A stretch of 60,871 nucleotides of DNA from a virus. The DNA is taken from IMG/VR virus record IMGVR_UViG_3300006033_000003; one strand, written 5' to 3'. Every line of letters begins with the position of its first letter. Positions within the stretch are counted from its first letter, which is position 1. Both the position numbers and the translations under genes were made by a program. The notes beneath the pieces were generated by a model. It searched no databases. It saw only the letters and a program-made list of their open reading frames with translations, and had not been told where the DNA came from. Below, one piece after another: positions 52,757-60,775 of this stretch.

Positions 52757-53530
52757 ATGGAATTTGAATTCACTCCGGTCGAAACCATCGACAAGGTCCC
52801 GGAGCAGTTCCGGGGCATCTACAAACAAAGCGATGACGGCAAGTTCGTGCCGGACGAAGCCTACAAGGGCATTGTGGAGGCTGTGACCGGCCTGAACCGC
52901 TCCCTGAAGGCCGCACGCGCTGAAGCGAAGGCGAAAACCCCGGTGGACCTGAGCCCGCTGGCCGACTTCGGCAAGACCCCGGAGGAAATCAAGGCCGGTA
53001 TCAGCAACAAGATCAAGGAACTCCAGGACCAATTGGCCGCTGGTGGCGAAGCGAAGCTGAACCTGGACAAGGTCCGCTCCGATCTGGCCGCAGCCCACGC
53101 CAAGGACCTCGAAAAGACCAACGCCCGCACCACCGCCCTCCAGAACCAACTGTATGGGCTGCTGGTGGAGAACTCGGCAACCACCGCCGTGGCTGAAATG
53201 AAGGGCGTCCCGGAACTCCTCCTGCCCTTCATCAAGAACCAGGTGAAGGTGGTGGAGCAGGACGGTGAATTCAAGGTGTTTGTGGTGGACGGAGCCGGTG
53301 ACCAACGCTACTCGGGTGTGACCGGCCAACCGATGACCATCAAGGAGCTGGTGGCGGAGATGAAGGCCAACGAAAAGTATGGCCGCTTGTTCGAGTCGGA
53401 AGCCCCGGCGGGCGGTGGTATGCCGCCCCGTGGCGCCGCTCAACCTCCGCGCCAGCAGGGCAAGGTCCTCAGCGCCAACGAGAAGATTGCCGCAGGCCTG
53501 GCCAAGGGCAACTTCCGCCGGGGCCGCTGA
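52757..53530 (+). CDS. scaffolding protein
   Basis: Helical, K/E/A-rich 257 aa immediately upstream of the capsid gene. Confidence 0.6.
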   Translation: MEFEFTPVETIDKVPEQFRGIYKQSDDGKFVPDEAYKGIVEAVTGLNRSLKAARAEAKAKTPVDLSPLADFGKTPEEIKAGISNKIKELQDQLAAGGEAKLNLDKVRSDLAAAHAKDLEKTNARTTALQNQLYGLLVENSATTAVAEMKGVPELLLPFIKNQVKVVEQDGEFKVFVVDGAGDQRYSGVTGQPMTIKELVAEMKANEKYGRLFESEAPAGGGMPPRGAAQPPRQQGKVLSANEKIAAGLAKGNFRRGR

Positions 53531-53538
53531 TCCCACGA

Positions 53539-53566
53539 GGGAAGCCGGAACGCGCCCCGGCTTCCC
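53539..53566 (+). terminator. hairpin after the scaffold gene (3-prime arm doubles as the promoter -35)
   Basis: Perfect 10-bp stem GGGAAGCCGG / CCGGCTTCCC with an 8-nt loop. Weak U-tract. Confidence 0.45.
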
Positions 53567-53590
53567 TTGTCAGAAAATTGGCGCTATACT
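53559..53590 (+). promoter_or_regulatory. promoter candidate, class 2 (GGCTTCCC-N18-TATACT) for the capsid gene
   Basis: cGGCTTCCCTtgtcagaaaattggcgCTATACTTCC. Followed by a ~130-nt leader before the capsid ATG. Confidence 0.55.
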
Positions 53591-53721
53591 TCCGACACTT
53601 TTGGTGAAAAGCCAAATGCGAGGGCCAGCAGGAGTGATTCCGGGGCCGCAGCGAACTCCGCGTGACGCGGGACTGGGCTGAAACCTACTGAATCAACAAC
53701 CTTACCTTTGGAGAAACCATC

Positions 53722-54654
53722 ATGGCTTCCGTGACCCTTGCAGAATCGGCCAAACTGGCCCAAGACGAACTGGTTGCTGGTGTGATCGAGAACATCATCA
53801 CCGTCAACCGCATGTTCGATGTCCTCCCCTTCGACGGCATCGAAGGCAACAGCCTGGCCTACAACCGTGAGAACGTCCTCGGTGACGTGATCATGGCTGG
53901 TGTCGGCACGACCTTCTCTGGTGCCTCCGCCGGCAAGGCCGCTGCGACCTTCACCAAGGTCAACTCGAACCTGACCACCATCATGGGTGATGCCGAAGTG
54001 AACGGCCTGATCCAGGCCACCCGCTCGGGCGATGGCAACGACCAGACCGCCACCCAGATCGCATCCAAGGCGAAGTCCGCTGGCCGCAAGTTCCAGGACC
54101 AGCTGATCAACGGCACCGGCACCGGCAACGAGTTCGCGGGCCTGATCCAGCTGTGCGCCTCCGGCCAGAAGGCCGCAACGGGTGCCAACGGTTCGCAGCT
54201 GTCCTTCGCCATCCTGGACGAACTCCTGGACCTGGTGGTTGACAAGGACGGTGAGGTGGACTACATCACCATGCCCGCCCGTACCCTGCGCAGCTACAAA
54301 GCCCTGCTGCGCGCCCTGGGCGGTGCCTCGGTGAACGAAGTGGTTGAGCTGCCCAGCGGTGCGGAAGTCCCGGCCTACAGCATGGTGCCGATCTTCCGCA
54401 ACGACTACATCCCGGTCAACCAGACCAAGGGCACCGGCACCGGCGCAACCACGATCTTCGCGGGCACGCTGGATGACGGCTCTCGCACCCACGGCATCGC
54501 CGGTCTGACCGCCGCGAACGCCGCCGGCATCCAAGTTGTGGATGTGGGTGAAGCGGAGAACGCTGACGAGCACATCTGGCGCGTCAAGTGGTACTGCGGC
54601 CTGGCGCTGTTCAGCGAGAAGGGCCTTGCCGCTGCCGATGGCATCCTGAACTGA
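53722..54654 (+). CDS. major capsid protein
   Basis: 310 aa. N-terminal ...AQDELVAGVIENIITVNRMFDVLPFDGIEGNSLAYNRE pattern typical of HK97-fold coat proteins. Has its own promoter, and a strong terminator follows. Confidence 0.8.
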   Translation: MASVTLAESAKLAQDELVAGVIENIITVNRMFDVLPFDGIEGNSLAYNRENVLGDVIMAGVGTTFSGASAGKAAATFTKVNSNLTTIMGDAEVNGLIQATRSGDGNDQTATQIASKAKSAGRKFQDQLINGTGTGNEFAGLIQLCASGQKAATGANGSQLSFAILDELLDLVVDKDGEVDYITMPARTLRSYKALLRALGGASVNEVVELPSGAEVPAYSMVPIFRNDYIPVNQTKGTGTGATTIFAGTLDDGSRTHGIAGLTAANAAGIQVVDVGEAENADEHIWRVKWYCGLALFSEKGLAAADGILN

Positions 54655-54695
54655 TGCCTGGGTCCTCCTCCCGGAGGGCTTGAGCCTCAGCCGGA

Positions 54696-54732
54696 GGGCG
54701 GACGGGTCACTGAGACTTGTCCGCCCTTTTTT
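54696..54732 (+). terminator. rho-independent terminator
   Basis: GGGCGGAC-N15-GTCCGCCC followed by TTTTTT. Confidence 0.85.
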
Positions 54733-54755
54733 GCTTAACAACCTGGAGCACATAC

Positions 54756-55316
54756 ATGTCCACTGTCAAAACCACCTTTGTCCTCACCGGCCCCCTCGCA
54801 GGCCAAACCGTCAACCTGGGCAGCTTGCCTTACCGCTTCGCGGAGGGCCGCACCACCATCATCGCCCCGGTGGAGGAGATGCCCCTGCACGCCCAGTTCC
54901 TCGAACGCAACTGGCAGGCTTACCCGGAAGGACACGACGCCCTGAAGGAGACCAACGATGGCCAGCGTGATATTCAATCGGACCCCGCAGGGGCTTCGGG
55001 CGACCTACAGCCCAACGGGGAAGGGGCTGCGCCCGGTACAGACGCCGCTGCCAGCGAAGGCGATGCTGGCCCCGAAGCCGTCAACGAAGCCGGAGGACTG
55101 GAACCCGAAGGGGACGGACAAGCGCCGCAGCTGAACGAGAAGCTGCGCAAAGCCGTCCGGGGCCTGGACCCGGCTGACGACAGCCACTGGACGAAGGAAG
55201 GCAAGCCCGCGATGACCGCCGTTGAGAAGCTGTATGGCTCCTCCGGCCTGACCCGCGCTGACGTGGACGCCGCCGCCCCGGGCTTCACCCGGGAGAAGGC
55301 GAAAGCTGCTGTTTGA
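54756..55316 (+). CDS. hypothetical virion-associated protein (decoration?)
   Basis: 186 aa with a GGAG SD. Acidic Gly/Ala/Pro-rich linker in the middle. Confidence 0.45.
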   Translation: MSTVKTTFVLTGPLAGQTVNLGSLPYRFAEGRTTIIAPVEEMPLHAQFLERNWQAYPEGHDALKETNDGQRDIQSDPAGASGDLQPNGEGAAPGTDAAASEGDAGPEAVNEAGGLEPEGDGQAPQLNEKLRKAVRGLDPADDSHWTKEGKPAMTAVEKLYGSSGLTRADVDAAAPGFTREKAKAAV

Positions 55317-55343
55317 TCAACCCAACCTCGAAGGAGCCTCATC

Positions 55344-55511
55344 ATGAAAAAGTCCGGAACCACCGCAGCCACAGCCGCGAAGATGGCCGCAGCAACGAAG
55401 TCCGCCCGCTCGGGTCCCTCGAACAAGAACGTGGTGACTGGTGCGACCCGCAAGCCCGCGCCCAAGGGTCCGACCGCCCCGATCAAGGGCATGGACAAGG
55501 GCGGGGTGTAA
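55344..55511 (+). CDS. 55-aa basic Ala/Lys-rich mini-protein (not in the ORF track)
   Basis: MKKSGTTAATAAKMAAATKSARSGPSNKNVVTGATRKPAPKGPTAPIKGMDKGGV with an AAGGAG SD. Its stop abuts the Rz start. Confidence 0.4.
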   Translation: MKKSGTTAATAAKMAAATKSARSGPSNKNVVTGATRKPAPKGPTAPIKGMDKGGV

Positions 55512-55512
55512 A

Positions 55513-56043
55513 GTGCTCCCCCTTCCCGGACTGAGCACGCTCCAGCGCCACGCGCTGACGTTCCTCCTGGGCGTCCTGCTGCTCGCAGCGGTGGCCCTGG
55601 GGGGTTATCTGTACGGGACGGGGAAAACAGCGGAGAAGGCAGCGGAGCGGGAGCACACGCTGCTGTCTCAGCTCACCGAAGCCAACGAGAAGAACCGTGA
55701 ACAGGAGAAGGCCCATGAACAGCGTGTCGCAGACCTCCGGGCGGAGTTTGCCCGCTCGAACGCGGAAGCCCGGGAACGGGATGCGCGCACTGTGGCTGAC
55801 CTTCGCGCTGGCAATCAGCGGTTGCGCCTCCAAGTCACCTCTTGTCGTGCAGCCGAACCCGATACACCTGGAGGACCCGCCGCCGGAGCTGATGGAACCC
55901 GAACAGCCGAACTTGCGCCAGAGACTGCAGCAGCTCTCTGGTCCATCGCCGCTGACGGTGACCGCGCCATCCGAAAGCTCACCGCCCTCCAAGACTGGGC
56001 CCGAAGCGCAGTGACCCTGTGCGGAAGCCAAGGAGCTGAATGA
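55513..56043 (+). CDS. Rz: i-spanin (Rz-like)
   Basis: GTG start. N-terminal TM LTFLLGVLLLAAVALGGYLY, then a coiled-coil periplasmic domain (RVADLRAEFARSNAEARERDARTVADLRAGNQRLRLQ). Confidence 0.75.
   Translation: MLPLPGLSTLQRHALTFLLGVLLLAAVALGGYLYGTGKTAEKAAEREHTLLSQLTEANEKNREQEKAHEQRVADLRAEFARSNAEARERDARTVADLRAGNQRLRLQVTSCRAAEPDTPGGPAAGADGTRTAELAPETAAALWSIAADGDRAIRKLTALQDWARSAVTLCGSQGAE
55781..56014 (+). CDS. Rz1: o-spanin (Rz1-like), fully embedded in Rz in the +1 frame
   Basis: MRALWLTFALAISGC has a lipobox with Cys15. The mature part is Pro-rich (PNPIHLEDPPPELMEPEQP). Confidence 0.75.
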   Translation: MRALWLTFALAISGCASKSPLVVQPNPIHLEDPPPELMEPEQPNLRQRLQQLSGPSPLTVTAPSESSPPSKTGPEAQ

Positions 56044-56426
56044 TGTACGTCCTGAGCAAGAAGTCCCTGGACCGCCTCACCGGAGTTCACCCGGACCTGG
56101 TGCGTGTCGTGAAGCGGGCTATTGAAATCACGCCCGTGGACTTCGCGGTGCTGGAGGGCGTCCGCTCGAAGTCCCGCCAGGAACAGCTGGTCAAGGCCGG
56201 AGCCTCCCAGACCATGAACAGCCGTCACCTCACGGGGCACGCGGTGGACCTGGGCGCATACGTCTCCGGCTCCGTCCGTTGGGACTGGCCGCTGTACTAC
56301 AAGATTGCGGACGCCGTGAAGCAAGCCGCCGCTGAGTTGGGCGTCCCGATTGAATGGGGCGGAGACTGGCGGAAGTTCAAGGACGGCCCGCACTTCCAAC
56401 TGCCTCACAAGGAGTACCCGGCATGA
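56040..56426 (+). CDS. endolysin, peptidase M15 (VanY / L-alanyl-D-glutamate peptidase type)
   Basis: SRHLTGHAVDL and DGPHFQL provide the H-x6-D...H zinc ligands. Confidence 0.8.
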   Translation: MMYVLSKKSLDRLTGVHPDLVRVVKRAIEITPVDFAVLEGVRSKSRQEQLVKAGASQTMNSRHLTGHAVDLGAYVSGSVRWDWPLYYKIADAVKQAAAELGVPIEWGGDWRKFKDGPHFQLPHKEYPA

Positions 56427-56638
56427 AACAAGTGCTTGTTGACAACTGGCGGAACGCCTGGAAGTGGTTGAGCGTTCAGCTGGCCGTCCTCCTGGTGGTT
56501 CTGGATGTCCTGGCGGAAAGCCTCCCGGCGGTGGCCGCTTACCTTCCCGAAGGTTGGGTGAAGTGGCTGGGCCTTGCGATCATCGTGGGACGGGTTCTGA
56601 ACCAGACCCGCGCCGCCCAAGCGACCGGGAGCAACTGA
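56423..56638 (+). CDS. holin (two TM segments)
   Basis: 71 aa, ATGA-coupled to the endolysin. TM1 WLSVQLAVLLVVLDVLA, TM2 WLGLAIIVGRVL, charged C-terminus. Confidence 0.6.
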   Translation: MKQVLVDNWRNAWKWLSVQLAVLLVVLDVLAESLPAVAAYLPEGWVKWLGLAIIVGRVLNQTRAAQATGSN

Positions 56639-56639
56639 C

Positions 56640-57158
56640 ATGGGCCTGACCGTTCAAGACAGCAACGGCTCCGTGGCGGGGGCGAACGCCTACATCACGG
56701 TGGAGGAGTTCAAGACCTACCACACGGACCGGGGCAACGCCTTCTCCTCCTTCACGGACCCGCAGATTGCGTCCGCGATCATCCGCGCCACCGACTACCT
56801 GGACCAGCGGTTCAACTTCGTGGGCAAGCGCCTACAAGGCCGGAACCAGTCCACGGAGTGGCCCCGGTATGACGCCTGGGATCGTGACGACTACGCCATC
56901 AATGGTATCCCCGGTGAGGTGAAGGAAGCCACGGCGGAGTACGCCCTGCGCGCACTGAGTGCCGCCCTGAATCCCGATCCGGAGCGGGACGGAACCGGGG
57001 CCGCTATCGCCGCGAAGTCCGAAAGCGTGGGCCCAATCAGTGAGTCCGTCACTTACGTCTCGGGCTCCGTGTTCACCATGCCCAAGTACCCGGCAGCGGA
57101 CCAGCGCCTGATCAAGGCGGGCCTGACGCGGACCGGCGGAACGGTGCTGAGGGGCTGA
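56640..57158 (+). CDS. head-tail connector / adaptor (gp6-like)
   Basis: ...ANAYITVEEFKTYHTDRGN...IIRATDYLDQRF pattern and position. Confidence 0.55.
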   Translation: MGLTVQDSNGSVAGANAYITVEEFKTYHTDRGNAFSSFTDPQIASAIIRATDYLDQRFNFVGKRLQGRNQSTEWPRYDAWDRDDYAINGIPGEVKEATAEYALRALSAALNPDPERDGTGAAIAAKSESVGPISESVTYVSGSVFTMPKYPAADQRLIKAGLTRTGGTVLRG

Positions 57159-57162
57159 CAGC

Positions 57163-57531
57163 ATGGCACGGTTTGACTCCGCTATCGCGCTGGCCAAGCG
57201 CCTGATCACGAAGAACGGTCAGGCCGTGACCCTGCGCACGTTCACCCAGGTCGAAGGGACGGACCCGAACAAGCCCTGGAAGCCCGGGGGCAAGGTTCAA
57301 CAGGACCTTCCGGCGGTGGCCGTGTTCTTGGACTATGAACAGAAGTACGTGGACGGGGACACCGTGCGGATGGGTGATCAACGGGTGTTCATGCCCGCTT
57401 CGGGCCTGACCGCCGCGCCGGAGGTCGATGGCATGGTGCTCCGGGGTTCGGAGGAGTGGAAGATCATCACCATCAAGCCCTTGAACCCGAACGGTCAACA
57501 GATCATGTATGAATTGCAGGTGCGCCAATGA
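57163..57531 (+). CDS. head closure / head-tail joining protein
   Basis: 122 aa. Size, position and beta-rich pattern resemble SPP1 gp16 / HK97 gp9-type proteins. Confidence 0.45.
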   Translation: MARFDSAIALAKRLITKNGQAVTLRTFTQVEGTDPNKPWKPGGKVQQDLPAVAVFLDYEQKYVDGDTVRMGDQRVFMPASGLTAAPEVDGMVLRGSEEWKIITIKPLNPNGQQIMYELQVRQ

Positions 57532-57980
57532 CCCTTCCGACCTTCGACAGCGCACGTGACGAAATCCTTGGGCTGTTTCACACCTACTGGACCGCCCAGA
57601 CGCCCGCGATCAACGACAGCAAGCCCGTTCACGTGGAGTGGCCCGGGATGGACTCCGGGAACCCTCCGCCCGCTTCGGAGCCCTGGGCACGGGTAACAAT
57701 CCGCCACGGGGCTTCCCGCCAGCTGACGTTCGGACCCACGGGCCAGCGCCGCTTCCTCCGCCCCGGCTTGATCACTGTACAACTATTCACGCCCCTGTCC
57801 TCCGGCAACGGGTTGTCTTTTGCTGAAAAACTCGGGATAATCGCCCGGGACGCCTTTGAAGGGCGAAGCACGGACAGTGGCATTTGGTTCCGCAACGCCC
57901 GCCTCCAGGAAATCGGACCGGACGGGGAGTGGTACCAGATGAACCTGACTGTGGAGTTTCAATATGACGAGGTTCGATGA
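57528..57980 (+). CDS. tail terminator-like protein (gpU/DUF4128-like)
   Basis: 150 aa directly upstream of the major tail protein. ...PWARVTIRHG...GLITVQLFTP...WYQMNLTVEFQYDE pattern. Confidence 0.5.
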   Translation: MTLPTFDSARDEILGLFHTYWTAQTPAINDSKPVHVEWPGMDSGNPPPASEPWARVTIRHGASRQLTFGPTGQRRFLRPGLITVQLFTPLSSGNGLSFAEKLGIIARDAFEGRSTDSGIWFRNARLQEIGPDGEWYQMNLTVEFQYDEVR

Positions 57981-58011
57981 GAACCTCAACGCCCTTTGAC
58001 TGGAGAAAATC

Positions 58012-59547
58012 ATGGCAAACAAAATCGACTCGAATGTGACCGGCCTCCGCTATGCGGAGGAGGAAAGCATCAAGACCCTTCCCGCTTCGCCGGTCTGGCA
58101 TCCCCTGGAGCCCAACAGCTACAAGGATTTTGGCGGTCAGACTACCCTGATGGCCCGCAATCCCATCAACGCTTCGCGCCAACGCAAGAAGGGCGTGATC
58201 ACTGACCTGGACGCCTCCGGTGGCTTCGTCCAGGACCTGACCCAGAACAACCTGACCCGCCTCCTGCAGGGCTTCTTCTTCGCCGCGATCCGCGAAAAGC
58301 TGACCAACCGTCCGATGAACGGGACGGCCATCAACTTCTCCAGCGTCACCGGCTCCACCAAGACCTACGCACTGGCCTCCGGAAGTCTCGGCAGTCAAGC
58401 CGTGGCGGGCGACCTGGTGGTGCTGTCGGGCTTCTCGCAATCGGCCAACAACGGCCTGAAGAACGTGGCCAGCAGCACGGCCACCAACCTGGTGGTGACT
58501 CAGACGGCGGTGGACGAAACCCCGACCAGCTCCGCCAAGTTTCAGAAGGTGGGCGTGCAGCTGGGTTCCGCTGAATTCAACATCGACGTGTCCACGGCCA
58601 GCTACCCGCGCCTGACCCGCGTGTCGGGCACGAAGGACCTCACGACCCTGGGCCTGATCCCGGGCGAATGGGTGTTCATCGGCGGAGACGCCGCCGCAAC
58701 GAAGTTCACCACCGCCGCCAACAACGGCTTCGCCCGCGTCCGCGCCGTCACTTCCACCTACCTGGAATTTGACAAGACCGCCGGGACGATGGTGAACGAA
58801 ACCGGCACCGGCAAGACCATCCAGCTGTTCTTCGGCAACGTCCTGCGCAACGAGAAGGACCCGACCCTGATCAAGCAGCGCAGCTACCAGCTGGAGCGTA
58901 CCCTGGGCCAGGACTCGAACGGCACCATGTCGGAGTACCTGCTGGGTGCGGTCCCGAACGAGCTGAGCATGTCGATCAAGCAGGCCGACAAGATCACTGT
59001 GGACATGTCCTTCGTGGCGGTGGATCACCAACAGCGCAGCGGAGCGGACGGCTTGAAGGCCGGCACCCGTCCGGAGAACGTGGACGCCCCCGCGTTCAAT
59101 ACCTCCTCGGACTTCAGCCGCATCAAAATGCACCTGATCACCGCCGGAACGACGAACCCCAACCCGCTGTTCGCCTTCCTGACGGAGCTGGAGCTGACGA
59201 TCAACAACAACGTGTCGCCCACGAAGGCGGTGGCCGTCCTCGGAGCCTTCGACGTGACCGCAGGCACCTTCGAGGTGGGCGGCAACATCACCGCCTACTT
59301 CGCGGACATCGCCGCCGTCCAAGCCGTCCGCAACAACCAGGACGTGGCCCTGGACCTGGCGGTGGTGAAGGCGAACGCGGGCATGGTCTGGGACATCCCG
59401 CTCATCTCCTTGGGCGATGGACGCCTGAACGTGGAGCAGGACAACCCGATCACCCTGCCGCTGTCCGTGGAGGCTGCTGAGAGCACCTTTGGCTACACGC
59501 TACAGCTGAATGAATTCCCTTACCTTCCGACTGCCGCTGACGTATAA
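58012..59547 (+). CDS. major tail protein
   Basis: 511-aa ORF preceding the chaperone/frameshift pair and the tape measure. No sheath or baseplate genes are present, so a siphovirus-type tube is expected. Confidence 0.6.
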   Translation: MANKIDSNVTGLRYAEEESIKTLPASPVWHPLEPNSYKDFGGQTTLMARNPINASRQRKKGVITDLDASGGFVQDLTQNNLTRLLQGFFFAAIREKLTNRPMNGTAINFSSVTGSTKTYALASGSLGSQAVAGDLVVLSGFSQSANNGLKNVASSTATNLVVTQTAVDETPTSSAKFQKVGVQLGSAEFNIDVSTASYPRLTRVSGTKDLTTLGLIPGEWVFIGGDAAATKFTTAANNGFARVRAVTSTYLEFDKTAGTMVNETGTGKTIQLFFGNVLRNEKDPTLIKQRSYQLERTLGQDSNGTMSEYLLGAVPNELSMSIKQADKITVDMSFVAVDHQQRSGADGLKAGTRPENVDAPAFNTSSDFSRIKMHLITAGTTNPNPLFAFLTELELTINNNVSPTKAVAVLGAFDVTAGTFEVGGNITAYFADIAAVQAVRNNQDVALDLAVVKANAGMVWDIPLISLGDGRLNVEQDNPITLPLSVEAAESTFGYTLQLNEFPYLPTAADV

Positions 59548-59605
59548 TCAGAGGGGCGGGGCTCCGGCCCCGCTCCCTTGATCACACCATTTGGAGAAAC
59601 AGAGA

Positions 59606-60064
59606 ATGAGCCTGTACAAGCAGTTCAAGACCGACGAAGCCCTGGAAACAGACGGCATCTGGATCGAATACGGCACCACGGACGCGGGCCAACCGATCCG
59701 CATCAAGATTGCCCGCGCCGGTGGTCGCAACACCGCCTTCTCGAAGGCCCTGGAACGCGCCACCCGCCCGTACCGCAAGGCAATCCAGACCGGCACGCTG
59801 GACAACAAGACCGCCGACAACCTGTACAAGGACGTGTTCGCGGAAACCGTTGTGTTGGGCTGGGTCAACGTGGAGGACCAGGACGGCAAGGCGATGGAGT
59901 TCACGAAGGAGAACGTGGTCAAGCTGTTCAACGACCTTCCCGACCTGTTCAACGACCTCCGCGAACAAGCTGCCAACGTGGCGCTGTTCCGCGAAGAAGT
60001 CCTGGAGAATGACTTGGGAAACTCTGGCAAGTCCTCTGCTACGGGTTCGAGCAAGGGCCGGTAG
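59606..60064 (+). CDS. tail assembly chaperone (lambda gpG analogue)
   Basis: ATG after GGAG. 152 aa, acidic. Contains the slip site near its 3-prime end. Confidence 0.7.
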   Translation: MSLYKQFKTDEALETDGIWIEYGTTDAGQPIRIKIARAGGRNTAFSKALERATRPYRKAIQTGTLDNKTADNLYKDVFAETVVLGWVNVEDQDGKAMEFTKENVVKLFNDLPDLFNDLREQAANVALFREEVLENDLGNSGKSSATGSSKGR

Positions 60065-60354
60065 AACAGAAGATCATCGAGCAGTGTATGCGGTTCGGGC
60101 TACCTCTACCCGACCGCATCCAGAATGCTCCGGAGCTGAACCTTGGGCTTGAGCTGTTCTACATCGGATTTTTGGAGTTGACGTCATGTAGGCAAGTGGG
60201 TATGGGCATCGGTCCGATCACCAACCTGTCCATGATGGACTACTGTGACAGGAACGGTATTGTGGGCGAGCAGCGGGAGGACTTCCTGTGGATACTCCCC
60301 CGGCTTGACCACAAGTACCTTGAGTGGAGCGCCGCCCGTGCCAAGTCTAAATGA
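59606..60354 (+). CDS. tail assembly chaperone frameshift product (lambda gpGT analogue)
   Basis: Joins 59606-60022 to the -1 frame (60022-60354; track ORF 60088-60354 is its 3-prime part). This is the conserved arrangement upstream of tape-measure genes. Confidence 0.6.
60016..60022 (+). other. programmed -1 ribosomal frameshift heptamer G GGA AAC
   Basis: X XXY YYZ is in phase with the chaperone frame (ttG GGA AAC). The -1 frame has a TGA at 60010-60012 and is then open to 60354. Confidence 0.65.
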
Positions 60355-60775
60355 TTTCAGCCGCCGCATCACCGTTCGAGGACGCGGGATTGCGGAGAAC
60401 ACCGACCGATTGGTGCGCAAGGTTGCCCTTGCCGCAGACCAAGCCGTTGTGATGGGCACCCCGGTGGATACTGGGCGTGCCCGTTCCAACTGGATTGCTC
60501 AGATTGGTTCCGCTTCCTCCGGAACCATTGAGCCCTACGCGCCCGGAGAAGCCGGGAGCACCGCCGGGGCGAACTCCCAAGCCGCTATTGACCAAGCCGA
60601 AGCGGTCATCTCAGGGTACAATAATGGCCAGGAGATTCACATCACCAACAACCTCCCGTACATCCAACGCCTGAATGACGGGTACTCCGCCCAAGCCCCC
60701 GCGAACTTCGTGGAGCAGGCAGTGGCGGAGGCAGCGCAGGTTGTCCAGTTCGGGCGGATTGTTGACGGGGGCTGA
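60338..60775 (+). CDS. HK97 gp10-like neck/tail component
   Basis: ...ADQAVVMGTPVDTGRARSNWIAQIG... is the PxDTGxLRxS-type motif of the HK97 gp10 family. The GTG start is uncertain. The gene ends 2 nt before the tape-measure ATG (60778, equivalent to 27). Confidence 0.5.
   Translation: MPSLNDFSRRITVRGRGIAENTDRLVRKVALAADQAVVMGTPVDTGRARSNWIAQIGSASSGTIEPYAPGEAGSTAGANSQAAIDQAEAVISGYNNGQEIHITNNLPYIQRLNDGYSAQAPANFVEQAVAEAAQVVQFGRIVDGG

Noticed and set aside
59520-59548. TTACCT-N17-TATAAT promoter-like sequence overlapping the stop codon of the major tail gene.
   Set aside because: A stable hairpin follows immediately (59553-59577), the site lacks the extended CTATACTTCTT context of the other sites, and it sits only about 60 nt before the chaperone gene, which is probably co-transcribed. 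It cannot be distinguished from chance.
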